A stretch of 34,028 nt of DNA. It comes from Chiloscyllium plagiosum. Lineage: Eukaryota. The stretch is taken from positions 4,495,936-4,529,963 of the forward strand of contig NC_057756.1 in NCBI RefSeq assembly GCF_004010195.1. Direction: 5' to 3'. This document shows, in pieces, positions 12,401 to 24,519 of the stretch. The notes beneath the pieces were generated by a model, which was not told the origin of the DNA, searched no databases, and saw nothing but the letters and a program-made list of their open reading frames with translations. Position 1 is the first letter of the stretch. Every line of letters starts with the position of its first letter. The position numbers and the translations under genes were made by a program.

Positions 12401-12499
12401 AAGTTGCTGCTCACACAACAAATGTCACCTTCAATTTTGCAGATCAGAGTTTCATTCAAAAGTGACAAAGATTGAAATCAATGCAATTACCACCTCAAA

Positions 12500-12700
12500 A
12501 ATGTGATGCAGGCAGTCAAGAAAACAAACAACATGTTGGTCCTCATGGCGAGAGGTTTCTAGTACAAGGAAGGGATAACTTGCTGCAATGATCCAGCGCT
12601 TTGCTGAGATCATATATGGAATACTGTCTGCATTTCTGGTTCACTTACTTGACAAACATATAGGGGGAATGTACTGAACGTTCACTGATCTATTCCATTA
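12500..12700 (+). mobile_element. CR1 ORF2 C-terminal fragment
   Basis: QAVKKTNNMLVLMARGF*YK..EYCLHFW (cf. KKANGMLAFIARG.EYK..EYCVQFW). Confidence 0.8.
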
Positions 12701-12709
12701 AATATGGTG

Positions 12710-13270
12710 GTGGAGTATGTGACCCAACCAGAGCTACGATTGTCGTTCTGTTTATTTTCTGGTGTCTTCTCCATTTTCTACTTTTTCCAGTTTATAATAT
12801 TTTCTCCAATGCAGAGCGAGCTGGAAGCATGGAGCAGAGTGGGCTTTACACCAGAATGATGCGTGGACGGCCTTCAGCTGGACGTCCGAAAGATGAAGAG
12901 ACACCAAGGGCCATAGAGTTCTGAGCGATCCAGGGATGGCCAGCAGGCTGGGGCTTGAGTGGAGTGGGACAATTGCACTGGAACTGGTGCAGGTAGTCAA
13001 TGGCTTGTGAGACCATTCATACCACATGTGGAAGCCCTTAAACTGGTCAATGCAGGCCCTTCATTGAAAGAATATAACTATACTCTGAGTAAGTGTAATT
13101 ACTGCAACTTTTTTTAGTTTTCCCTTTTGGTTACCTATTTTGAATTCAGGTTCTGTAACTCGCAATTTTGGCATTTTGTGATTAAAACGGCGCCACATAG
13201 GACAATATTTCAAAATTTTACTGTACTTCAATACTTGTGTACACGTGAAAATACAGGAGATTCTAATTCC
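12710..13270 (+). mobile_element. Unclassified non-coding retroposon-like insert
   Basis: GC-richer body ending in ttactgtacttcaatacttgtgtacacgtgaaaatacaggagattctaattc, which resembles LINE-derived 3' tails (..gtacacgtgacaataaa + short repeat). Confidence 0.4.
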
Positions 13271-13642
13271 AACGCGAGACTGCTCCCTGGGAAGGCCGGA
13301 CATACGTTTGACTAGAGATTGAATCGGGAAAGGTCGCATTTGCTGGACGAGAGAAGAATCAAGTGTTTTGATAAACATCAATAAATTTATTAAGACGACT
13401 ATATAGCTTAGCTGCAGGCATATTAACTGTGGGTCCAGAAGCACTTGTCACGTTCGAAATACACAGGATAAAACATTTCGAGCATAATTGGCTGGAAACA
13501 TTTTCATCAAGAATATGGTGGCTCTGTGAAGCTTCCTATCACATAAATTAGTCGAGGTCAAAATGTTATATAATTTCAAGCAGGAGTTTTATGTCGCACC
13601 AAATAAATCAAACGTGATGGGGGGAATGTGGGGAAAGATAAC

Positions 13643-16600
13643 AGAGGCATAGAAAGGTACATCATGGAATCAGACTTTTCATTCCAACTCATCCATACTG
13701 TCCAGATAACCTGAATAAATCTAGTCCCATTTTCCAAACTTTGGCACATATGCTTGTAAACCCATCTTACCCATGACCTCCCAAATTCTATACCCAGTGC
13801 ACTGACCAATAAAGAAAAGCATGTCAAATGCGTTGATCACTGTCATATCTATCCGTGACTGCAGTTTCAAAGAGCTATGAACTCGCACTCAAAGAACAAA
13901 ACTCTCCCTTAACTAACTATTAAGTGTGTTTGTGCTTCCCTGAGTTGCCATTCCAAAATGTTGCACCTCATACGTATCTAAATTAAACTCCATCTGCTAA
14001 TCCTCAGACCACTGCCCCATCTGATTAAAAATTTGCACTCTGATGTAATCTTCTTCGCTGTCCAATACACTGCTAATGTTTTGCCACCTAAACAATTACT
14101 AACCGCAATTCCAATATTCACATCCATATAATTTATTTAAATAACGAAAAGAAGTGGACCCAGCATTGACCTTTGTGACACTTCACTGGTCAAAGTCCTC
14201 CAGTCTGAAAAGCAATCCTCTACCATCACTTTCTGTTTTCTACCTTCCAACCAATTCTGTAAGCAAATGGCTAGTTGTCTCTGTATTCTATGTGGTCTAA
14301 AATGTCTCACCAGTCTACCATGAGGAACCTTGCGAACACCTTAGTGACGTCCATACAGATCAATTACACTACTCTGCCCTCGCTAATCCTCTTGTTACTT
14401 TTTCAAAAATGCAATCAAGGGAGTGGAGCACAATTACTAACATAAAGCCATGCTGACTACCTCTATTCGGACCTTGGCTTTCCAAATAAATGCCAATCCT
14501 ATGCCTCAAGATTCTCGCCAACAACTTGTCCTCCATCAATGTCAGGCTTACCCGTCTGCAGTTCTTTTGCTTTTCCTTCCAGCTGTTCTTAAATATTGTT
14601 ATCACGTCAGTCAAACTCCCGTCTTCCAACAACATCTCTGCAGCCATCAATGATGGAAATATCTCTGCAAGGGGCCCAGCAATCATTTCCCTAGATTCCC
14701 ACAAAGTTCTATAGTAAACCTAATTAAGTCCTGGATATTTATCGAGTTTCATGCGTTTTACGACGTCCAGCCAGTCTTCCTCTGTGATATGAACATTTTT
14801 CAAGATATCGCCAAATATTTCCCCAGATCTTTCAACCTACTTATCGTTTTCCACAGTAAACACTGATATAAAGTACCTGCATAGTATGTCCCTCATCTTC
14901 TACGCATTGACACATAGGCGGGTTGTTGATCTTTCAAGAGCCCTATCCTCTCCCTAATTAATCATTTTGTCATTAACGTATGTTTAATTACTGTGTGGAT
15001 TCTCTTTAACCTTATTCAAAAGGGTTCATAAAATATTTATAAGGGTATTTCCAGGGTTGGTGGATTTGAGCTACAGGGAGAGTTTGAATAGACGAGGGCT
15101 GTTTTCCCTGGCGTGTTGGAGGTTAAGGGGTGACTTTATAGTGGTATATAAAATCATGAGGGGCATGGATAGGATAAATAGATAAAGTCATTTCCTAGGG
15201 ATAGGGGAGTCCAGAACTGGATGGCATACGTTTTGGCTGATAGGGGAAAGATATAAAAGAGACCTAATGGGCATTGTTTTCACTTAGAGGGTGGCACGTG
15301 TATGAAATGAGCTGCCAAAAGAAGTGGTGGAGGCTAGTACAATTGCAACAGTTAGAGGACATCTGTATGATTATTTGAATAGGAAGCGTTTGCAGCGATA
15401 TGGTCTAGGTGCTGGCAAGTGGGACTAGTTTGGGATTGGGATATCTGATCGGCATTGATGAGTTGGACTGAAGTGTCTGTTTCCATGCTGTACGTCTCTA
15501 TAAGTCTATGACTCTATATTCTTCCACAGTAGTTGTGCTCTTCTCTTGATCTATGCTGTCTACACCTGACATACGCTTCCTTCTTCTTCTTCACCAAAAT
15601 TGCAATATGTTTCACCATCCCTACTCGTGCCAGCCTTGCCGTTCACCCAACTAGGTAATTTTGCCTCTGGGCTCTCTTTATCTCATTTTTTACAGCATCC
15701 CATTTTCCAGCCATCGCTTTACTAGCCAACATCTGTCCCAATCAACTTTTGAAAGTTCTTCGCTAATACAGTCAAAATTGGCCTTTCTCCAATTTAGAAC
15801 TTTAGTTTTTAGATGTCATATACGCTTTTCCATTACTATTTTAATTCTAATAGATTCATGATCACTCGTCCTAAAGTGTACCCTCAATGACAACTCGGTC
15901 GCTTGTCCTGCTTTACTTAACAACAATAGGTCACGTTTTGCAACTTCTGTAATATTTACATCCACATACTGAACAGATGTTTTCTTTGGATCACCTAAGG
16001 AAATTCCTCTCCATCCAACTGTTCAAAACAATGGCAGTCTCCGACTCGGTCTGAAAATTAAAATTCCGACCGAAAACATCTTATTCTTTTCACAGATAAC
16101 TGAGATCTCCTTACAAATTTGATTCCTAATTTCTCTCTGACTATTGGAGGATCTATGTTATACTCCCAATAACGTCATCGTCCTTTTCTTATTTCTCAGT
16201 ACCACTCAATTATCTTCCATGGATGTCTTCCAAGAAATATTATCCCTTAGTTGAGCCGTAATGTATTTCCTCACCAAAACGCCTTTCCCCCAATTCTCCC
16301 CCCAGCACCCTTTTTGTCCATCCAATAATATCTCTACTCTCGAACAGTGAGCTTTCAGACAAGACCATGCCTAAACCTCGTGTCTGTAATTGTTATGTTA
16401 TGTCAGTTGCAAGTTACCAATCTTGCCCTGAGTTCATCTGCTTTCCGATGGTGAGGCCCCTTGCATTGAAATAAATGCAGTTTAATTCATCAACCCTACC
16501 CTCGGATATTTCAATTTTAAATTCCTGCCAAATGTGCTGTTTTGTCTTCTCAGAATCTCGTTTCTTTCCTGTGACATCCAATGTGTGCAACGACCTCTCT

Positions 16601-17771
16601 GTTGTTCATCTCCCCTTTAAGAATCTGCTGCACCATCTCCATGATATCCTTGATGGGTGTACAAGGGAACCAAAACATCATTGTCTACCTGGTGTACGCT
16701 GTCAGCCAAATAAACATCTGTCTGTGCCTCTGACTCAGGATCTCCGTGTCACAAATGATCACTTGCAATCTGACATATCTGTCGTTACATTAGAATCAAT
16801 CTCAGTAACTGAAACCTGGATGTAAGTGTTACATTCACATGCAAGTCGATCACTCTCTCCAATTCCCAAAACAACATTTATTTGAGATGGGATAACCACA
16901 GGAGTCTCCTGTACTCCTGGCTCCATTTCCTACCTTTCTGGGAGGTAATCGATTTATCTGAACGTACCTTGGTTTATGTCTGTTCCTTCAAATGTCATCT
17001 GCCACAGGTGCGCCTCGCTCCTCCAAATTCCTCATTGGCTCTAACTGTGGCTGAAGTCGATACACTCAATCTGATAGGATTCACAACCAAACACATCTCC
17101 TGAATGTATAATCATCAATAACATGGACGTCTCCCTAATCTCCCACATGAGACAGGACGAGCACATCACTCTTCTGAAGATGATCTTTCAACGCAAATGA
17201 TACACAGACTGATAAAGTAGCACTGTCTTACTCGCTAAAATCTCTGCTCCAGGCTAATGTAATACCTACGTTTTTATATACCTTCTTAGCGTTTAAGTGA
17301 GAGACAGATCGCAACAAAATATATATTCAAAGGAGAACTCACCCTACTCACTATTGTAGATTTACAGTACAAAACACTAAGGTTACACTATAAAACTAGT
17401 CACTTAGCTCTGCCCTTGCTGTGCATCCCGCCACACAATCTTTCCAAATGCTATTGTGAATTTCGCTGTTATTTATTTTCCTTAGGCTAACTCCAATGTC
17501 TAGAGACACTTAAAATCAAACAGCAGATTCAGTTAGCCATGTAGATTCGCTGCTGGTCAGATGGCAATGTAGGCTTACTTCTCCATTTGTTGTAGGTCCC
17601 ATGTGGTCATTGCCTTCCTGCTTTTGTAAAATGCCATTGTTTTGACTTTTTTTGCAAAGTTCCAAAACAATACAACTGCTTCTGAAGCAGTATTTACTGC
17701 TCCAAGAATTAGATGAAATATCAGCTTCAACACTGAAAATATCTCAAAAAAGAAGAAGCTCTTACAGCCAC
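13643..17771 (-). mobile_element. Long decayed CR1 LINE with 5'UTR, ORF1 and ORF2 remnants (internal deletions)
   Basis: 3' tail agaggcatagaa at ~13643; RT EMIAGPLAEIF..RRVSLT..SQHGF (14369-14704); endonuclease remnants ~15800-16470; ORF1 remnants ~16560-17180 (CSSCLMWE). Confidence 0.88.
15018..15517 (+). mobile_element. CR1 3' fragment nested antisense in the previous CR1
   Basis: RLRGDFIVVYKIMRG..FTx RVARV*NELP; ends tctataagtctatgactctat. Confidence 0.92.
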
Positions 17772-18252
17772 ATGAGTAAGATGATCAGTCATGATCATCG
17801 TGAAGGACAGAACATTCTCAAAATGCCAACTTGCCTACTCCTCTACTATGTTCTAAGTTTCAATATTTCCATGCAACTGCACAGCATAACCACGTAACAT
17901 CAGAAATCGCTTTCATCACCCAAATGCAGTATGGAAGCACCTCTGATACTAATTTGCATCTTTACAATACATAAATTCTAATCAACCTGGAGGCATGGAA
18001 GAAAAAAAGTTTATAACTTTTCTGCTGTGCCTTTAATTTTTCATGAAATTTAGTGTCTAATGTGAGGGCATCTGTTTCTTTAAGACACAGAAAGCTGTCT
18101 TTTTATACAACTCTCCCCCTTTTACCAGTAATTGCATACTTTATGGACCTGATAAGAAAGTCAACTGCTCAAATATGTGTGTGTAAAAAAAAAATCACTT
18201 CCTTGGCATCACCAATGAATACATAAATGGAGTTATCAGTTCACCCATTATA

Positions 18253-19322
18253 TTTCACCTCCGACGTGGTCGATGATGCTCTCCACCGCATCTCCTCCAC
18301 TTCCCGCACCTCCGCCCTTGAACCCTGCCCCTCCAATCCCCACCAGGATAGAACCCCACTGGTCCTCACCTTCCACCACACCAAACTCCGGATACATAGT
18401 ATCATTCTCGTCATTTCCAGATACATCGTATCATCCTTCGCCACCTCCAAACCGACCCCACCACCAAGGATATATTTCCCTCCCTACCCCATCAGCGTTC
18501 TGGAGAGACCACTCCCTCCGCGACTCCATCGTCAGGTCCACACCCACCACCGACCCAACCTCCACTCCCGGCACCTTCCCCTGCGACCGCAAGAAGTACA
18601 AAACTTGCGCCAACACCTCCCCTATCACCTCCCTCCAAGGCCCCAATGGATCTTTCCATATCTATCAGAAATTCACCTGCACCTCCACACACATCATTTA
18701 CTATATCCGTTGCACCCGATGTGGTCTCCTCTACATTGGGGAGACAGGTTGCCTACTTGTGGAACATTTCAGGGAACACCTCTGGGACACCCGTACCAAC
18801 CAACCCAACCGCCCCGTGGCTGAACACTTTAACTCCCCCTCCCACTCCGCCAAGGACATGCAGGTCCTTGGCCTCCACCATCGCCAGACCCTGCCCACAT
18901 GACGCCTGGATGAAAAGCGCCTCATCTTCCGCCTAGGAAAATCCAACGACACGGGATGAATGCAGATTTCTCCAGCTTCCTCATTTCCCCTTCCCCCACC
19001 TTATCTCAGTCCCAACCCCTGTATTCAGCACCGCCCTCTTGACCTGCAATCTTCTTCCCGACCTCTCCGCCCCCACGCCCTCTACGGCCTGCCACTCTCA
19101 CCATCACCTCCTTCCACCTATCGTATTCCCAGCGCCCCTCACCCAAATTCCCTCCCCCCTACCTTTTATCCCAGCCCGCTTGGCACACCAGCCTCATTCC
19201 TGAAGAAGGGCTTATGCCCGAAACGTCGATTCTCCTGCTCCTCGGATGCTGTCTGGCCTGCTGTGCTTTTTGAGTACCAAACTTTCCAACTCTGTTCTCC
19301 AGCATCTGCAGTCCTCACTTTT
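18253..19322 (+). mobile_element. 5'-truncated Penelope-like element (GIY-YIG endonuclease domain plus pseudo-LTR) with 10-bp TSD
   Basis: PGTFPCDRKKYKTC..FTCTSTHIIYYIRCTRCGLLYIGETG..FREHL..VAEHFNSPSHS. Direct repeat acccattata at 18243-18252 and 19323-19332. Confidence 0.95.
19200..19227 (+). ncRNA. Minimal hammerhead-ribozyme-like motif in Penelope pseudo-LTR
   Basis: CTGAAGA-A-GGGC-TTAT-GCCC-GAAA-CG-TC: core boxes, 4-bp stem II and palindromic ACGT in place of stem III. Stem I pairing is weak. Confidence 0.65.
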
Positions 19323-20130
19323 ACCCATTATACTACCTATAACAGATTTATGTTCTGCTTTCTCTTTATGTTTCTCTTCTCTATCTTGCTCAATTACTGG
19401 TCGAAACAAAAATGTCCTATTTTTGCCTTTCATCTGTCAATCAGATCTCACTATTAATGTAACCTGTTCAAGACGATGGTGAGCTGAGGCATTTCCCAAG
19501 GCAAATTACCAGAAGTATATTGTTACAGGCCCAGCATTCCTGAAGTTGCATATAAGTTAGCATACCAACACGGTCTCCACTCAATCCTCTGAACAATTAC
19601 GGTACAACAAAAAATGTGTACTTATGTGTCAGCAAAATCTTTTGGAGAAATCGTCAAGCAATGTTGAAATAGAACTGTGCACACAGGACCTTTGCCTGAT
19701 AATGGAATTTCGTGTCAGTTCAATGGGCTATAACGAAAAATGGCCATCAAATACCCACTCTGACATTTCCATTTTACATAGAATATCCTTATTTTGCTTC
19801 CAAAGATGAAGAGAGATCGCAGGCTTGGGCAATGCGTTTTGCAAATCATCTATATTGCAATGAAAAAGACGCATTATTCCACGCAAATTCATTATTCAGT
19901 CTCTAAATTTTTCAGCAAAAGTACAATGTACTCGTACTTGTCGTCATGGTGTTCGACTCCAAACATCCTTTAATCGTGAATGTTACTATATCAGACATTC
20001 TTAAATTTTAGGACTATCTATTTTACAGAAGGCGATGAACTATTAAAAAGGTTACAAGAAATGGGTGAGTTAAATATTCCTTACTTACAATTAAGCATGA
20101 GCATTGTAAGATGAAGCAGTCAAAAGTGTG

Positions 20131-20694
20131 TGTGATGAAGATGCTACTTTAATGACGTTATGAAGTCCTTGGCTTTTTATCTTCAGACAGGTCGTAAATG
20201 ACGTACCCAATCCAATATGTCAGGGGTGCAGGGCTTTAGGGCCAATTTGATAATGGCTAACAGATGCTGCATCAGGAGAAGGCTTTCTGGATTTTAAAAA
20301 AATGTAAAATGAAACCGTTGTGGCCATTTCTCGCAGCTCAGCTTTACTTTGCTTGGATTTTGTTTTTAACTGTAGTGTGAAAAAAGCTGCTGGAACCAAA
20401 CAAGCATGTCCAGACTGATGCACAAACTCTCTCTGACTTGTATCCTATAAGAACTAGTGTTCGATTTTAACATTTAGGCCAAGAGTTGGTTATCGGGATG
20501 GTTGCAAGTATTTGGCATAGGTGTTGTTTGATGTTAACGTTTAGAGTTAAAGAATACAAAAATGATATTATTTTCTTTAAATACTGGAATTTGGGAGTTC
20601 TCTTTCACTCATATTTTAAAAGATTACGGGGCAAGCTGAGTTTTTCTCGGTGCTTGGCTTAATTAACAGAAGGATTCACTGCTGTACTGTAACA
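20131..20694 (+). repeat. 5' LTR of Gypsy element 2
   Basis: Starts tgtgatg, ends tgtaaca, and is followed by a PBS-like site. The last ~180 nt are homologous to the end of the 3' LTR. Confidence 0.8.
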
Positions 20695-21041
20695 GAAATG
20701 GGGGTCGTTCGGAATTGGACAGTTTTAGACAGATCCCGTCTGAGATTCGGACAGATTTGAACATATTTTGCGTACAAATCATTACAGCACATCTAAACAC
20801 TCGCTAATTAGTGTTCAGATCATTAAATAAAACAGAGATGAAATAATCTCTTTATTTTCGAGCACTTGTGTTTCGTTAAATTAAAAGTGAGTCAATTGGC
20901 TCTTGAGATGGCCAAAGAGGTTTTGGGGTTTAAAGATGATTCCCAAATTTGCCAAGAAACGAAAGAACGACAGAAAAAGGTCGCACATTTGTTTTTAGCT
21001 AAAAGGCTGGAATTGGGTTTAACCAGGGTGAAAAGGAAAGT

Positions 21042-21278
21042 AGAAATTGTAATGGAGTTAGTCAAGCGCTTACGTGTATCAGAAAAACAGACAGGTGCAG
21101 TAGAGTTAAAAAAAAATCTTAAATTGCAACTTAGGCAAATGGTGTTACAGATAAAGAAAGAGAAATTGTAATGGAGTTAGTCAAGCGCTTACGTGTATCA
21201 GAAAAACAGACAAGTGCAGTAGAGTTAAAAAAAATCTTAAATTGCAACTTAGGCAAATGGTATTACAGATAAAGAAAG
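21042..21278 (+). repeat. Two-copy tandem duplication (119/118 bp) in gag
   Basis: agaaattgtaatggagttagtcaagcgc.. starts at 21042 and again at 21161; 2 substitutions and a 1-nt A-run difference seen. Confidence 0.95.
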
Positions 21279-24200
21279 AGAAAAAACAGCTATGAGAGGA
21301 CAGAGAGAAGGAGAGACAGAAGAAAGAGAAAGGAAGAGAGAAAGAGAGAGAGAGAAGAAAAAGAGATAAAGGAAAGAAAACGGGAAAGAAGGCTGAGCAA
21401 ATAAAGAGAGAAGAAGGTGTGACATAATAGGATAGAGAATTTGAAATTCAGAAGTTGTTAATTAGTTAGGAAAGCCAGGTTAACAGGATCGAGATGAAGA
21501 GAGACTTTACTAATGTATACAAATATGCTAAAATATTGCCATATTTTGATGAGAAAAATGTCGAAGCCTTCTGTATTTCATTTGAAAAATTGGCTAGATA
21601 GAAAGACTGGTCAAAGAACCATTGGGTAATGGTAATTCGGACAAAGCTGGTTAGTGGAGCTAATGAAGTATTTGCAGTGCTGTCAGATCTGGGTTCAAGG
21701 TATTATGCAGAGGTCAAAAAGACTGTAATACATGCTTATGAATTGGTTAGAGAAGCATATCGAAAGAGGTTCAGAAATATAAAGAAGTAACAGGTTTGAT
21801 TTACTTTGACTTTGAAAGACTTAAACACAGTATCTTGATACGTTGATGTGTGCCTTAAAATAGATAAGAGAAATGAAGATCAAAGAGAGATTTTTCTGAT
21901 GAAGGAGTTTAAAAAACTCATTTCCAGAGATGGTAAGAATTATTATGGATGAATAGAAATTCAAAAAGTGAGAAGAGCAGTAGAGATTACAGATGAATAT
22001 GTATTAGTGCATAAGGCAAATGTGAAGCTTTTGGCAAGAATTTCATCCTGTGAGGGGTAGAAAATGGGAGAACAGGAAATTGTATACTGCAAAACAAACA
22101 CAAGAGAGTGAAAAGTAGTTGAAAGGACGCAAATGTTTTCAGCATAATGGAGTGGGTCACAGAAAATTACAGTGCTGCTCGTTTAAGAAGAGCACTGGGA
22201 AAAGAAGTTTTTTACTGCCAGACACGTAAAGTCACAGAGCTGGTCGGTAAAGAACGGTATTGTGGGTAAAGATGCAGCAAAATAGGCTAACTCAGTGCAT
22301 TAGTGAATGTAGTAAAGGAAACCCCAGGAAAGGTCTAGGAGTTTCAGGAGGGTGCACAGCTTGGTAGGGGCTGGGTATCAAGTTAGTGCCTTATCTTGAA
22401 AAGACTTCGTCTCTGTGGTTACGTTTACTCAGGAAGAACAGGGGGAAAGGGCAAATAGTTATACTATTGATAGATATGGGATCTAATGATGCCCTAATAG
22501 TAAGATATGAACGTATTTTCACTCTTTCTGACCTTTTAACCAAGAGAGTGTTACATTGTGAGACAGATGGACAGAAATTTAGCGTTCCCTATTTAAGATC
22601 AGGTTGGAGTGCGAACTCAAGACTCTAAGGTCACCATGCGAGTGATTGAAAAAGTATCAGTTCCTGGAATGCATTTTGTCACTGGGAGTAATTTCTCAGG
22701 ATCCAAGGTGGGAGTGACACCCCAAAAGCCAAAAGAAGACTACTGAGGATTTAACAGTAAACTACCCTGTACATTTTCCAGAACGTGTAGTAACAAAATG
22801 CCACAATCATAATTCATACCACGAATATGTTGAAACCTTGTCCAATATAGACAGGCAACTGGAGAAATAGGTGTTAGTTCCTGCACACAGGTTGAGAAAT
22901 GAAATCCAGATGTTGCGAAGTTTGATGTGCCTCAAAATACATTATATAATAAGGTAGTCCTTGAAGAGTAGGATAGGTTGGTAAACTCTCTGTCTCAAGA
23001 GCAAAGAACTCAGTTGAAAGGTTTATTGCAGCATTATGAGGTCATAAGCAAGAATAAGAAGGGGAGGACTAATAATATTGTGCATGAGGTGTAAGTACGA
23101 AATTCTGCACCAATAATTCAACAACCATACAGACTTATTCCTTTCAAAGCCACACAGGTCCAAAAGGACGTCAATGCGATGTTCAACAAAGATATCATCG
23201 AACCAAGTCAGACTGAGTCAGAGTTCGCTGATCGTGTTAGTTCTAAAACCTGATGGGACTAAATGATTGTGTATGGACTATCTGAGGGTCAACACCATAA
23301 AAAGCAATGGACTCATGCCCAAAACCAAGTTTGGAGGAGTTCGTAGAGAGATATGGACAAACCACGTTACATCATAAAAATTGGATTTACAGCATAGATA
23401 TTGGCAGGTACCTTTATCAGAGAAAGCGAAAGAAATGTCTTTGTCTGTAACCACAAATGGGCTACATAAATTCAAAGTGATGTCTCTTGAAATGAAGAAT
23501 GCCCCAGCCACATTCGAAAGACAAATGAACAGATTTGTGGCTGGATTCACAACTGTCTGGTTTAACTGGATGATGCAGTGATTACATGGTACAGTTGGCA
23601 GACCACTTTGAACGATTATGAGAAGCAAAACTGGCAATAAAATCAAAGAAACAGAATTTGTAAAGGCAGAGTTGACAATCTTGGGGGCACAGCATCAATC
23701 ATAGAAGGTTGACCTCAAGGAATGCGAAGTTGAAAAACATCAAGCAATTTCGAAGACAAACCTCGAAGAAAGTGGTGCTTCGATTTTTCGGACTAAGCAA
23801 ATTCTACCAGAAGTCTATTTCAAATATCAGCAGCGTGGTGACACCGCTAACAGATTTACAGAAGAAGAACAAAGAATAAATAAGTGAAAAAAACAACGCC
23901 TGAATGCATTTGAGAATTTAAAAGCAGTATTTGCCACCGCACCAGTTTCAGCTACAACAAATTTTTGAAAGCCGTCAAAATTGCGATTGGTGTTTGCGAA
24001 ATAAGAGTTGGAGCTGTACTGCTGCAGCAAGATGATGATGCATTTGAATGGCCAATTTGTTAGTTTTCCAAGAAACACAACACCCACCGGAGAAAACACT
24101 CGACCATCGAAAAAGAACTATTGAATTCGGTACTGACCTTTGAACATTTTAATATTTATGTGATGAACAATGTGTTGCAGACAGTTACGTACACGCACCA

Positions 24201-24519
24201 AAATCTTCTTACATTCTTGGGACGATATAATTATAAGAATATGAGACTATTTCGTTTGTGTCATATTTTGCAGACATTTAATTTGCAAATTGTACATGTT
24301 GCAGTTAGTAAAAGTGTGAAAACAGATGCTTCATTGCAGATTTAAAGGAAAATGTTTCTATAAGATTAGACCGATTCCAATGTTACCTGTATGTGCGTAG
24401 AAATTATTGTGAACTTAGAATAATGACCTCGGTATTTCGTTGCAATGAGATTAACAACGATGGGACAAAAAGAAGCCATATTTTCATTATGATAGTTCAA
24501 TATTTTTCTTGGGCGGAAG

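Larger units (their letters stand above)
17780..20100 (-). pseudogene. Decayed intronless ORF of unknown product, split by the Penelope insertion
   Basis: One minus frame ~20040-19325 (~238 codons, 11 stops by hand; e.g. IMNLRGIMRLFHCNIDDLQNALPKPAISLHLWKQNKDILCKMEMSEWVFDGHF). It continues past the insertion as TDNSIYVFIGDAKEVIFFLHTH..DFLIRSIKYAITGKRG..DSFLCLKETDALTLDTKFHEKLK. Confidence 0.35.

Noticed and set aside
18391..18450. ~29-bp imperfect tandem repeat gatacat.gtatcat..
   Set aside because: Small slippage duplication in a dead element.
18227..19457. Long Pro/His-rich ORFs (198 aa, 165 aa) and Gly-rich antisense ORFs
   Set aside because: Alternative frames of the C-rich Penelope element.
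21280..21420. GA-rich purine tract as satellite or regulatory element
   Set aside because: It is the Glu/Arg/Lys coiled-coil part of gag; an equivalent lies at 30540-30650, whose antisense gives the hydrophobic ORF 30551-30871.
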